The position numbers and the translations under genes were made by a program. The notes below the pieces were generated by a model that was not told where the DNA came from, made no database searches, and worked only from the letters and a program-made list of their open reading frames with translations. 64,000 nt of DNA from Oikopleura dioica. Taxonomy: Eukaryota; Animalia; Chordata. Below, piece after piece: positions 35,876-50,105 of the stretch (position 1 is its first letter; each line of letters starts with the position of its first letter). The DNA lies in NCBI GenBank assembly GCA_907165135.1, contig OU015569.1, forward strand, positions 1,240,001-1,304,000, in the 5' to 3' direction.

Positions 35876-37471
35876 ATGGCAAGAGACGACGATGAAGTGT
35901 CCCTCATTTCCGACATCTCGACGCTGTTGGTCTCAGACACGTTTCTTTCGGAGGACGCGCGCAAAACGAAGAAGCACATCAGACATATTTTCAAGCTGGG
36001 CCTAGCATGCACCCTCGTCATCTTCTTCCCGGTACGAACTTTGTAAACACAATAACAAATAAATAACCGTACTCTCATAGATCTCCGGCTGTATTCAAGA
36101 AACCATACTAAAGTCCTACGAAGAGAAATACAATATACACATTTCCGCTTTCCTCGCGCAGAGTATCCAGTCGATTTCAGGCGCTTTTGCCTGTCTCTAT
36201 GTCCCTGCGTTTCTCGCGCTGGCCAAGCCCAAGCCTAGTTTCGTCATTGCAGGATGTATTCATCTTCTTTACACCGCGTCCTTTGCCCTTCCGAATGCGA
36301 TCGCGATATATTGCATTTCTGGTTTTCTTGGCTTTGCTGGGTCGCTTCTGTGGACCACGCATGGCATCACAGTCATTCACAATTCGACCAAAAAGACTCT
36401 TTCAAGAAATTACTCGCTCTTTTTCATCATTTTCCAGGCAGGGTCCACAATTAACCACCAAAGAAATTTGAAATATGCAAATTTAGTGAACCCGCAACAA
36501 AGATATCATTTCTAGTTTCAAATGGATACATCTACGTCAGCTACGGCTCAATCGACGAGCATGTTAATGTCACCATGCTGATCATGATCGCTTTGGGCCT
36601 CCTCGGCGTCATCATCTTCCCCTTTATCTCGACCCCGAGACCTGCCGCTGGGGAAATCGCCAAGCCGAAGGAAATGATCCTCGGCTCGGTTGATATCTGT
36701 CAGTTTTATTGAGAGCGTGCGTTTTTTAAACTAAATTTTTAGTAAAGAGCGTCGACTACTGGATGCTCATGCCACTGACGATTTATCTTGGCTTTGAAGT
36801 AGCTCTTCATCTGGGAGTGTTTCCCACAGCAGTGTCGAGTCTGAATCGTCTTGGAGGAAATCCACATCAGCTTGTTGGCCTGATGGGTTTGCTCACTTCA
36901 ATCGGGAAGATAGTCGCTGGCGTTTCTTCTATCTTTCTTAACGACCCGTCGAAGAACGCGTTCAGTGGAATGTTGGCTCATGTTATCGCCATGTTCCTCA
37001 CCTTCTTGTATATTCCTACCGAAGCCATTACCAAAGACACCTGGCAAATCGCCTATCTTGAGCCAAGTAAGTTCCTTAAACCCATCCGCTTGTTCAAAGA
37101 GAACCTTTAGGCATTCCTCCTCTTGCGATTGCAGCGTTTCTTTACGGCTTCGGAGATGTAGCCATGTTTACGACTGGCTTCACGCTTCTAGGGTTGCTTT
37201 TCCGTGGCCAAACATTCGCTTCTGCGGTCGCTATTTTCAATTTTATCACCTTGGGCTCGTCTGGCGTTTTATTCGCCGTCTCAGGTGATACTATTTATTT
37301 GATTCAAGCGATAGAGACAGGAATTTAGGAAACCTACCGATCTCGGCGATCCTCGGTGTATGCGTACTTATTCTCCTTTTTGGAATGCCGTTTCTGTTTA
37401 AAATCGACCGAAGACTCAAAGAAGACACTCAGACAAATACAGATCAGTTACTCAACGATGAAGAAGACTGA
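35876..37471 (+). CDS. MFSD11: UNC93-like MFS transporter (MFSD11-like)
   Basis: GFAGSLLWTTHGITVIHNSTKKTLSRNYSLFFIIFQ matches the UNC93/MFSD11 motif, and hydrophobic exons are joined by short introns. The start is uncertain. Confidence 0.75.
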
Positions 37472-37762
37472 TTCTAGGACGTCAAATATTTATCCAGAGC
37501 CACTCTTATCATGATTGCACCTGAAAGTTCCTTCATTTACACCTCTTTATTTCAATTTTTCTCCTCGATTGTGAATATATATTGAGAAATTTCTGTAAAC
37601 ACTGTGCTTGGTTGTTTTTCCCGGTAACTCATTCCGAATAAATAACTTCGCGAATTCAACAAAAAATATACTTCAACATTAATTTTTTCGTTCGCCAAAA
37701 AGCAACGCGTGTCATAGCCAAAATTTCAACTCTGGTCTAAAAGGATATTATTAGAGGTCGAA

Positions 37763-40300
37763 ATGGGAGAAGTGGTAGATCATACGAAGCTGGTGCTCGA
37801 TCTTCTGAATAAGCAGCGGTTAGAGCGCGATGGCTCTTCCTGTGATGTGTATCTCTATTCCAAAAACGATGATTCGAAGCAGTTGGCGCCCATTCGAGCT
37901 CACCGGAGTCTCCTGTCACTTAACCCCACCATTTACAATATGCTCAACAAAGGAAAGGATAGACAAGGAGATATTAGTGTAGCCAAAAGTTTATAAATGT
38001 GGCAACTTTTGTCTATCTGTAAATCAGGCAACCACGGAGAGTGGGAAGCTGAATTGGATGTCTCTTACGATGTCTTGGATTCGTTGGTTACCTACATGTA
38101 CACAGGAAGGTATAAAAATCAGAAATACAGACTGATAAAGCTGTGGGTGAATCATTTCATAGTATGAAATTCATACCACAAAAAAGGAAACATCGAGTTC
38201 AAGAAAGAAACAGTAATCAACATCATCCAAGCGTCGACAAAATACAGTATGGAGCGGCTTTGCACAAAAGCACGCGAGTACCTCAACAGCCTGACCCTCA
38301 ATGCCTTCGACGCATCACAGCAGAACCACGCCAAGGCGAATCCAGTGAACGCGATTGTCGAGCGAGAAGCGGCGAACAAAATGTACAATCCGGAATTCGG
38401 ACTCGATCCAAATCAATACTACTGGCTCAGTCCAGGATCTCTTTACCTCCTCTCCAAGTGTCCGATCTCTACGTATTTGGAATTTCTCCCAGTTTGTGTT
38501 ATGTGTCAGGAAACCGCTCGAATGAAGAGAAATATCAGATCTAGAAGACAGTTGAAAGAGCGTTTTTAAAGGTTCCTGTTGGCAACCCAAGCGCTCAAAA
38601 TGAAATGCTGTTCTTTCAACAACAGATGCCTGGGCACGAGCATTCATGCCACCGAGATATTCTGCTCTGCCGACGGATCAATTCCGGAACTAACTGGAGC
38701 CGCGTACGAAGCATGCCTTACCACGCAGCACGCATTGATGGGCCATCGTATGTCCAGTTCCAATTGTGCAAGGAAATCATGGATGCGAAACCCTGTAGCT
38801 ACGGTGACAACTGTACATTTGCACAGGTAACCTATTGGTTGGTGATACTTCATTTATATGATCTTTGCGTTAGTCCGACATCGAACTCGACGTCTGGAAC
38901 TCCGAAAAGCGAGGCGAGTTTATGCGTGCTTGGGTCACCAACAACTGGACACCTGCTGACTCTCTTCCTTATCTCAAAGGAATTCTCAGGTAAATCATCT
39001 CATCCTCAAATACCTTCAATCTGTTTTTAGTCGATACGGCGGTAGCTTTGGTTTTTCGAATGTCTCTACCGACCCTAATCGACCGAAGAGACAATTGTAT
39101 CACAAGCGTGAGGTGCGCATTCGTGATCCACGAAACTGCAAGACTGAGATTTGCTGGCATGAGCAGCGCGATCCCGGTTCTTGCAAAGTAAAGGACACAT
39201 GCCACTTCGCGCATTCTGACTTGGAGCTCGAAGTTTGGATGCTTCTCCGATCAAGCTCTATCTCAGCCCAGCAACTTGTCGCTTTTTCAGAGAACGGAAC
39301 ACTTGGCAACAAGGTGAACATCAAAAATACGTCATTATAAAATTAAAACGACTCTAGCGCAAGAATCCGGACATCAACAACGAAATGAATGATGTATCAA
39401 CTCTTCCAATCGACGAATTCGTCCGGGAGATCCAAGTCAAATGCTGCAAAGTGAGCAGACCCTATCGACATATATAAATACCGGAAGAAAACTAACAAAT
39501 TTTGCACTGAGACTAAACGAAAGATCACACCCGTTTTGAATTTAATTTTTAGCGGTCGGCGATCACAGTATTCTAATTAATGTAAACCATGAATGTCCCG
39601 AAACCACACATTCTTTGTTCCGAAATGACCCTAGAATGGGGCATTTTAATGCTTTAGAAAGCATCGTTCCAAAGATTGGGTGGTTTTTTATCATTTATAT
39701 GAACTATTATCGCATTTAATTATATTCATTCCATTATTAATAAGTGTGTGCAATCGATGGGCCCTGATGCTCCAATCTGCAACACCACGACCCAGGTATG
39801 AGCACTTCGCTAGATAGATGTAAGGATAATTTCCCTCCAGGGCCACGGGCAACAGAAGACACTCATCATCAAAGACGGCCAAGCGAATCAGCACCTGGTG
39901 CGCAACCTGTTTGGTGTCTTCAAGAACCAGAGTCTACCGAAGGTCTGAACAGCCTATTCATTTGAATGCGAGCTCATCGTTTAGAAATTTCTGATGTGCC
40001 AGAATATGCGCGAACGGAACGAGTGCCATTACCAAAACGCCTGTCTGTTCAGCCACTCGCCCGCGGAAGTCTGTGTCTGGCGCTTCCAGAAAGAACGGGA
40101 AATTCGAAATCAAGACGAACTCTACCGCGCGATCCTCGACGAATGTCAGAACGGCCCCACCGAGCCAAAGCGCAGCTTTTATTAAAATAAACTGTTCAAA
40201 GAAAAGAGATAGCAACTGTTGTGTCTATCTCCCGCTCCATATCCATCTCCTGATTCCGGATCGCGACCCTTACGCTAGCAACTCTACTCGTTCTCATTCG
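37763..40300 (+). CDS. BTB/POZ protein with three ZC3H7/RoXaN-like CCCH zinc fingers; 3' end uncertain
   Basis: BTB: CDV..IRAHRSLL..LVTYMYTG|NIEF..INIIQASTKYSMERLC. Fingers: CKEIMDAKPCSYGDNCTFAH..ELDVW, CWHEQRDPGSCKVKDTCHFAHSDLELEVW, CQNMRERNECHYQNACLFSHSPAEVCVW. Confidence 0.8.
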
Positions 40301-40637
40301 TAGAGTTACCATCCTATCTGCTGTGCTGGATTCCTTTAAAAGTACATCAACGCCCCCGAATCACGAGATGCCACCCCTTACGATACTTCCCCATTTTTTG
40401 ATTTCCTTCAATTTGTTTCGTTTTCGTATGCTTTCTCTCTAAGAATCCACCGTTCCAAGAAATTTATTTTTTTTTCATGATCAAATAATCTGAATGACTG
40501 AATATATATTGAGAAGGAAATCTTCATCTGTGATATTGAAAAAAATTTACCTCCCATCAGTTTCAAATAAAAGTTTTCGAAATTCAATAGTCTGTTTTTA
40601 CCATCAATCAACATTTTATCAGAATCAGAATGGACCA

Positions 40638-42424
40638 ATGGTACTCAATGGGGAGGACGAGAATGCCCAGCTCCTCGGTAGCTCTTCAGAAGGTAAACAA
40701 ATAGTAGAAGGAGAGCAGAAGTCTCAGACATTGTTTTTAGAAGAGATATTCGACATGGCTACAGATTCAACATCGCTAGAATTACGGACTTATCCTTCGA
40801 AAAAAGAAACTGCCGAAAAACAGAAACAGAAGAAAAGCGGGGATCAAGGAGGACTATCTAGTTTGGGATGTTTGATGCATATTTTGAAGGGGAATATTGG
40901 CACAGGATTGCTTGCGCTTCCACTGGCGACAAAGCACGCAGGAATCGTCTGTGGCCCTCTGTTGCTCGTCTTTGTCGCCTTGTTGGCGGTGCATTCGATG
41001 CATCTCCTCTCGCAAAACAGCGAGCTCCTCGCTAGACAGAACACTACGGGCCCTCTCGACTACGCAGGCGTTGTCGAGTACGCAGTTCGCTTTGGTGCTG
41101 TGAGGTGGCTTCAAAAATTTCATAAACCCTTTCGCCACGCGGTCAATATTTTCATCTTCATCACACAGCTTGGCTTCTGCTGCGTTTACTTTGTCTTCAT
41201 GGCCGAGAACCTGGTCCAAATCCTCGAGTTCTATGAATTTGCACATATTCCCAGGTAAGAATGGAAAATATTTGGAGAATTAACTTCTTTTATTTAGTGT
41301 TCGTATTATGACGATAATTTTGTTTGTTCCTGTTGTTTCGCTCTGTATGATTGACAACCTGCGTTCACTTGCACCACTATCTATCCTTGCCAATTTCGCC
41401 ATGGTGTTTGGTACTTTTAATAACCAGGAAAAAATATCGACCATTTTTAGCCGTCATCATTATTTACTACTTCTGCATCGTCTATAGCGTCAATAGCAGT
41501 GACGTAACGCCTCCATCGAATTTACCCAAGTTTGCGTCACTGGCAGAGTTTCCGACAGCGTTCGGATCCGCAGTGTTCTCCTATGAAGGAATCGCAGTCG
41601 TCCTGCCTTTGCAAAACTCGATGAAGAGCATCAAAGCCTTCAAGTCAGCGCTCAATACGGGCATGCTCATTGTAACAATCATGTACTTGTCGATGGCAAT
41701 TCTCGGCTATTTAGCTTTTGGGGACACTATCTGCGGCTCGATCACTCTCAACTTGCCGGAGGTACAAGCGTTACTCCTAATTTAAATCAAATAAATCTGC
41801 GTCCAGGAGAGTCTTTACGTTTTCGTCAAGCTCATCTACAGTTTCGCCATTTTCATTACCTACGCTCTTCAATTCTACGTTCCAATGTCCATCCTCTACC
41901 CACGCGCAAAAGAGGGCACGACCTCCCTCGTCCGAAAGAAGCTTACACAAATTTCCCTCGTCGCACTTACGTGTGCACTGGCGATCGGCGTGCCAGACTT
42001 GGGCGATTTCATTGCGCTCATTGGGGCCTCAGCCAGTTCTATGCTCGCTCTGGGTAGATTTTCTTTTGAATGTTCTTGACTAACTAATGAATTAGTGTTT
42101 CCAGCGTTAGTGGACAGCCTGGTGGTCCGGAAAGCATCTCTTATCCGTCTGTTCAAAAACATTATGTAAGACTCTTCCTAATTAGTCAGCTTATGTAAAT
42201 TATAATAAGGATAATAATGATGGGCATCGTTGGTGGCATCGTCGGCACATTTATAAGCGTCGAGTCTATTGTACACGTACTTTCGTCATCCGAAAGCGGC
42301 GACGACTGCAAGGTAAATCTCGGACAGAAAGAAGTCTCATCAAGTTATTTATGTTTAGCCTGCGACGATGGACTGGCTTGGGGTCTCCGTAAATGCTTCA
42401 ATTCCTACTTCTAGCTACAATTAA
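40638..42424 (+). CDS. SLC36A: Proton-coupled amino acid transporter (SLC36/PAT family)
   Basis: LMHILKGNIGTGLLALP, FITQLGFCCVYFVFMAEN, FGSAVFSYEGIAVVLPLQNSM, ITYALQFYVP, DLGDFIALIGA. Confidence 0.93.
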
Positions 42425-42845
42425 AACCTATATTCAAAGTTCCTGAAAATGCTATCGCCTCTAAAAGTGCTCTCTCAAAGTTCGATGAAAGCCTAGTTTC
42501 ATTTTTACATTTCATATTCTGTATAAGCCATTTATTCCTGTTCAAAGTCCAAGTAAACTAAATTATCAATTAAATCATACATTTATTTTTTGAACCCCAA
42601 AAGGTCAAAAAATAAGTCGCGTTTTGTCATAAAAGGTTTATTTACAAAGCAGGGGATTGGTTTCGCATCAATTTTTCTGTGGAGTTACTTTGATAAAAAC
42701 GAGTAAAAATGGAAAATGTAGAAAATAACGAGTGAATGGTTTTTGGAGAGGAAAAGAAAGGAAGAAGTTTAAAGGAACGTAGCGGAGTGAAAAAGAGGTT
42801 GAGTAGTGCAAAAATATCGAAAAAGAATGGTCGAAAAGAGACGTT

Positions 42846-43501
42846 TCATTTCTTGACACGACGGTCGATGCCGATGCCGACCTCAGCGCGTTGCAACAGC
42901 TTGCAGAGTTCTTCCGAGCGGCGCTCTGCGAATTCACGCCTGAAATATTTTAATTCGAAGTCATTTTTTTTCTGCTTCTCACTTTCGAACTTCTTCGTTC
43001 ACGATTTCGACGAGGTTCCTGTTGCGCGCTTCGACCTCGCGATAGTGTTGAACCACTTTTTCGTTGTTTTGGACGAGCTCGCGGTTTCGGTTTTCGAGCG
43101 CTGCGTGTGCGGCGACTAACTTCTCGATTTTGTCCGTGTATCGCTCGATAAGTCCCTAGAAAGGTGATTGAGAAGTGTCCAGTGGGAGTTCAACTTACTG
43201 CAGTGGGTATCATTGCTTTCAAAACGTCAATTGACGCCTGTGCTTGGCTGAGCTCGCGTCTCAGAGATCGGTTCTCTGCGTGGAGATCTCTTGAGTTGTC
43301 GCTGCTTCGTTCCCTGGGCTCGAATTGCTCCATCATCGAACGGAACTCGTCTGCATCGCGTTCATAAGCTTTCTTCAGCGCTTCAGTGACACGATGATTG
43401 ACTTCAAGCTCGAGCTCGTCTCGGTACATGTTGTCCATGCAGTCCCTTGGCGAGTCAATCGCAGAATCCGCCGAGCCCGGGGAGGCGATCCCTTCTGACA
43501 T
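42846..43501 (-). CDS. Coiled-coil protein, possibly TACC-like
   Basis: Three exons with heptad character (EFRSMMEQFE, LENRNRELVQNNEK, EELCKLLQ). ATG directly follows tattttAG. The TACC similarity is weak. Confidence 0.55.
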
Positions 43502-43608
43502 CTAAAATAGAACAAAGATGAATTGCAGGGTGATTAATGTGTTGTCTTTGTTTGTAAGTAATGGCAGTGATAACTTGAATGAACTTGGAAGAAATTGAAA
43601 ACTAACAA

Positions 43609-44031
43609 TTAACAGTGCTCGAGAACTTTCATCGTCGCGAGTAGAATCGGTCCGTAGTAAAACAAGCCAAACTCTTCGTCCATCGTTTTAACGAAACGAG
43701 GATCGCCTTTTTTGAAAATGTGAAACAAGCTATCCCGATAATACTTGATGTGGTCTTCAGCTGTAACGAGGCTCTTTTTCTTCGACTTTTTCATTTGCGT
43801 AGGCTTTTTCGGGTCGTTCTCGTCTGTGATAACCGGTGGCTCTGGCTTTGGCGGTTTATATTTCGTAGGTAAAATTCTCTTCATGACGTAGTACATTGAA
43901 CACATGATCAGTTTTCTATCACCACGTAGAAACCCATATCTCTCTAGTAGCTCTTTGAACTGCTTCAACGAAGTTATGTTGATTCCCTTTTCAGCCAATG
44001 TTTGCATTCGCTGCGTCAAGTTTTTCACCAT
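43609..44031 (-). CDS. Hypothetical 140-aa protein, or a final exon of RTEL1
   Basis: Open, gene-like ORF with its ATG 8 nt after the acceptor gatttcAG. I found no in-phase junction to the preceding exon. Confidence 0.5.
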   Translation of the reverse strand: MVKNLTQRMQTLAEKGINITSLKQFKELLERYGFLRGDRKLIMCSMYYVMKRILPTKYKPPKPEPPVITDENDPKKPTQMKKSKKKSLVTAEDHIKYYRDSLFHIFKKGDPRFVKTMDEEFGLFYYGPILLATMKVLEHC

Positions 44032-44162
44032 ATTTTCGTTCTGAAATCAAATAGCGTCAGAGACTCTTTATCGCTTCGAGTCCAATGGATTAGTTAGATA
44101 AAGCTCAGCAGCTGAAGCGCTTTGGTTCCAAGGATAATTTAATTCCCACTTTTGGCGCCGAG

Positions 44163-47100
44163 TCAATTACTTACATCGTTGTTAAGTTTCATGAATTTGA
44201 TGATCGCAATCATAACGTGCTTCGATTTTGGATGGAGCGTAGGGTCATTTGGATCGTCTTTAAATGCATCTCTCAATTTTCTTTCGATTTCAAGCATCTC
44301 TTCGTGAAAATCAGGATCAGCCATGTCACAGTGTTTGTCAAAAAAGCTGTAATAATTCTCTGGTTGAGGCGGGCGCAATTTGTGATCGAAGCAAATGGCA
44401 TTTTTCGACTTTGCATGCATCTCATCTAGCTTTTTTTCCTCTTCAGCAAAAAGAACCGTGCGTCTGTAGTCGTACTCAGCAATCATCTTTGCTGCTAGTC
44501 TTCGGGATTCTTTTGTTTCTCTGAAAAACAGTTCTTTTTATATCATAGCTTTTGACTCTTACAAAATGGGATGATCCGGGTCTCTCATCTGCATACACTT
44601 TAGCTCTTCGTATGTACGGGTCTTTTCTTTATTCTGGTACCAAGAGAGCGGCCTGTGTCCAGGAGTGTATGGTTTCTTGCAGAGCTCTTCAAACTCTTCC
44701 GGTGTCATCTTTTTCTTTTCTTCTGGCTCACTTTTCTCTTCTTCGTCGGACAGATCTGCTAAAGTGCGTTTTTTCGCTTCTGTTCTTTCTACTTGAAAAT
44801 CATCAATGGATTCTTGCAACTCTTTAATCATATCGCGATTCTTTCCAACTCGTTCTTTGTAAATCTTCACTCGCGCCTTTTCTGCGTCTTTGCGTGATAA
44901 AATCGGTTCTTTCTTCTTCTTTTCGTCAATCTAAAACATACTACTAGCGAGTCTGAATCAACGACAGATTATTTACCAGTACAATAGGGGCTTCCGGAGT
45001 TATTTTGCCAGATCTTTGATAAGCAGCCATTTTGTTAAAGAATACGCGCAGTTTGTCGGCAATATTGTCAGCGTCGACAGTTTGATGGCTGCATTTTACC
45101 CAAGCTGGCATGAACTTCTGCATCATCGGCTGCGCGAATCGCTGGTCCAAATAGATAATCGCACCGAAATCATTTCTGTGTCGAATAATACGTCCAATCG
45201 CTTGGTTAATTGCGCGAGCTGCCTACAATTCAATTGATTAAGGAAAACGCCGAAAGATTACCTGTATTTGATACCAGTCGCTCCCTGAAATGGCGCTTTT
45301 CTTCTCCCTAAACGCAGCATCGACATACTCTCGTTTCAATTTGACTTTTGGATCCATGGCGGGTGCATAAGGAATGCCCGTTATCACAACCACGCGGCCG
45401 CGGGCATCTGCGAAATCGACACCTTCTGAGATTTTGCCTCGACAGACTCCCATCAGTATCGCTCCTAAAAAGTCAAATTAAGTCATGTAGAAAGGAACAT
45501 TTTCTTTACCTTTGAAATTATCTTCTACGATTGTCGTCTCATAATCCTTGCTCACTTGCTCGAGGTCGTTCTTGTTGTTTGGCTCAATGAAGATCTTTCG
45601 TTTGAACATATTGCCAATAGGATTTGAAGCGTTTGCGCCATTCATGACGCCCCAGAACTCGCGGGAAATATTCATCAATTTATACGTGGGGTGAAAGACC
45701 AACAATCCACCCGGGCTCGAGGTCTTTATGCTGGCGATTACTTCGCCCATTTGGGCAAACATTCTTCGATTATCCCTGTTGCCATACACGTTCAACATTT
45801 CTGCGGGATTCTTGCCCATTCCTTTGGGCACTGTCGCCACGAAGACCTGGTCACTTCCTACTACGTGTTTGTTGACAAGTGTAACGGGCATGCGGCTGTT
45901 GTGTCTGTCCAAGCCCAAATTAGAAATGTACTGTTCCAAAGGCGAGAGAGTTCCCGATGTCAAGATGATGTTCTTCGCACCCTGGTCGAGTAAATGCGTG
46001 ATACTCTTCGACGGATCAAAACACCACAGACAAAACTTCATGCCCATAGTATCTTGCTTTTGTTGAACGAACTGTTCATCCTTTTCTCGCTTGAATTTCG
46101 TCTCTTCCATTTTGATATACAATCTGTACTTGGAAAACTCGCTGTCCGATTTTTCTTCTTCTACCATCGAGAATATTTCGATAAAGTCAAGAACGCGGTT
46201 GAGCTTCATGCCTTTAGTCGGCGATTTCTCAGCGATAAAAGTGGCTACTTGTGGGACGAAGTGTTGCAGCTCGAAGAAGGCCTCTTTCGTGAATCCAGTC
46301 TCTTGCAACAAACTGTTCATAGACGTAACTTCGAACATGGATCCTTCTTTTGAAGAACGCACTTTTTGAGCGTAAACTCGCTCAAGATTTTCCTCGAGAA
46401 GATGAAGCGCTTGGACAAGAATAGCTGATCGTTCTTCCATTTCGCCCATGTTAGCTGCTCCTTTCATTGGTCCATCCATCGGATTGTGATCCTTCTTCAA
46501 AAAGTAGTCCTTCGCTTCCTCAGGACAATCCATCTGTTTGATGTATTCTATCTGCTCGAGACACACTTTGCCCTCTTCGATCGCCAGCGCAATATCCGTT
46601 GAAGTCAATTCATAGCTCGCAGCGTCTTCCGAAACACCCTCAACGTTGTGAGCCTCGTCGAAGATCAAAATACGATTAGCCACATCAAGCTTATGCCTCG
46701 TGCGGAGCCTAGAATCGAGCAGATAATTGTAAGGCAGTAGGACTATCTCCGATTTTTCTGAAAGTTTTCGTCCGAGGTAGTACGCACAAGCTGTGTTTTT
46801 CGACGACCAACTGACTAAATCTTCGATATCGAGAATGCCGCCTGGTAATTTCTCCTCGCCCATGCTTCAGTTTTAATTTGAAAGCTGCATTTAGTTGATG
46901 TTTTCGCTTACCTATCCAGCTGGTTGAACCAGTGGCATTTCTTTGCCTTGCATAGTTGACTGCAAGTATTTTGCTGAAGTCGTCCATCAGCTATCTTCTT
47001 CACAGCTGGATTGAGACATGTGGCTGCGCGGCCTCCGATGACCGACATGTCGATACTATAGCCGCATACATTCTGCAGCTTCTTTAACTCGGACACCACT

Positions 47101-47481
47101 TGAGTTAGCTGAGAGTGAGTACGAGAGGAGTAGATGATTTTGGGACGTGGCCCATGTGCGCGCCTGGCATTCCACTTTGGACGGCTCCTTTCAAAGAGTT
47201 AGGAACGAAGAAAATGCACTACGTACTTTTCATCTCGTCGAAGAAATGCTCACGATAAGCCAAAACAGATGCGAGGAGACAGAGTGTTTTTCCTGTACCA
47301 GTAGGAGACTCTAAGATTGCGTGGCATCCCGATTTCAAGGCCTCGATGCATTTGCTCATGTAATCATTTTGCGCTGGATAAGGCTAGACAGGAAAAAATT
47401 ATATATTTCTCAATCTCTGCTGCTCTGAATCACCTCGTATGGAAATCTCACTTTAATGTCATGATAGACGAGTTCTTTCAT
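44163..47481 (-). CDS. RTEL1: RTEL1 Fe-S DEAH helicase with a divergent C-terminal extension
   Basis: FPYE|[32 protein letters not shown], Fe-S cysteines, [48 protein letters not shown] 46-bp GT-AG intron links to further exons at 44931-44163. Confidence 0.92.
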
Positions 47482-48334
47482 CTGAACAAACTCGAGGTCA
47501 ACGACTGGACGATTACATGCATCGGGTACAGAAATTTTTTTGGTGCGTTTTTATCTTGGTTTCGTTCGTTTTTGCTTTTGGAATGAGAGGAACCGAATAA
47601 AGGGATAAACGATAACGGTGATAGTGAAATTTGATTTTCGGAAAAAAAAGGAAAAAGAAGTTCTAGGAAAATGAGGAATCCTGTGATCTCGCTACATGAA
47701 AAAAACGCTGTAGAAGAAACTAGCAGAGTTTATTTTATTTTTATTTCTGACTTCTGGGACAGCTACGGAGAAATAACAAATGTTTCGATTTCTGTTCATG
47801 GAATAATTTGAAGATACATATTTTTGTTGTTTTCAATATTCTATAATTTCATTACCGGAATGACCTTTTACAAGTAATGATGTTGATTCTGTTACTGGCA
47901 CGGATTGTGTGTGTTTTTCTTTGGTTCTGGTGGATTAAGGCGATTATTAATGTTGTTGATGACTGTACTTGGGTGAAAAGAGGTTGCATTTATGACTTAC
48001 TGTGGTTATGCTGGGTATAGTATTTATGCGACGATAGGGCTAATATTAATCAAAGAAGAGAGTAAGTTGGATTTTGTTTGTTTTTGAAAGTCGAATTAAT
48101 TTTCGTGAAAAGTTATTATTTACATTTTGGCATCGGATGGAGCAGAAGTAATAAAATACCAAGAGTGAATTATAAGACAGTCACATAGTAGCGCAGAGAC
48201 GAGAAAGGAGTTTTTTTATATTCCAGTTGCTGTGTGTTTTCCTGCTGGAGCCGATGGTGGTGGTGGGTAGGTGAGTTCGTGTTTTTAGAGGACGATCGAG
48301 AGAGACGACGATCGCCGGGGAAAATAACAGACTG

Positions 48335-49319
<985 letters not shown>

Positions 49320-50105
49320 TTTCTAAATACAGTCACTTTTTAATACCAGTTTCGCGAAATGTCAAAAATACACCAGCACAAAAAAGTCTTCTTCCAATCT
49401 CTGCAAAAGGAAAAACTTTCATTTTTTTCAATCGTAAACGATTTCGAATTTTTTGAAAGTTTGAATTTTCTTCTTTAGAAAAAACGAAAAAATGATCATT
49501 ATTCTGATTGGGGGTAGTTATAAAGGCTGTTTTCTCTAATATTTGGTGGTGAGTCGGATCTGCTCGCTCGGGGAGTGATTTCCATTTTCGGTGGTTGATT
49601 TTCGCGTTTCGCCCACACTCGCCAAACAGTCGTCGTCTTTCACGCGCTCGGCCGTGCTCGGTTCCGCTCGGGAAGCTGCGGCCGAAAGCGACCAATCAGC
49701 GCCGCCGAGCGCGAAATTTTTGAAAGACGCCAAAGCGCAACCACTTTTAAATTTCCCAACGACACGCCACAGTTGTCATGTCAACCAGCCCCAATTACCC
49801 ATTGTGGAAAAGAGGGATGAACGCCCTTTTAGGTTTTTGAATCGCGCGCGCCTTCTTCAAGCTTGTGAAATGACCGGAAGCGCCTCTCAGCCAGAAAAAT
49901 TCCTCAGCTTATATCTTCGATTTCGATCATTTATTTAAAATCTGGAACATCGTACCAGAGTAGTTGCAGTCAAACAAGGAAGCTAATAGTACGTAATTCC
50001 TTTGATGGGAACGGCAGAAATTTTTTTGCAATTTTGAACTAGTGAGATAGCAGAGCGAAGGATGGAAGTCAAATTTGGTACAGCTGAAACTGATGAGAGT
50101 CACTT

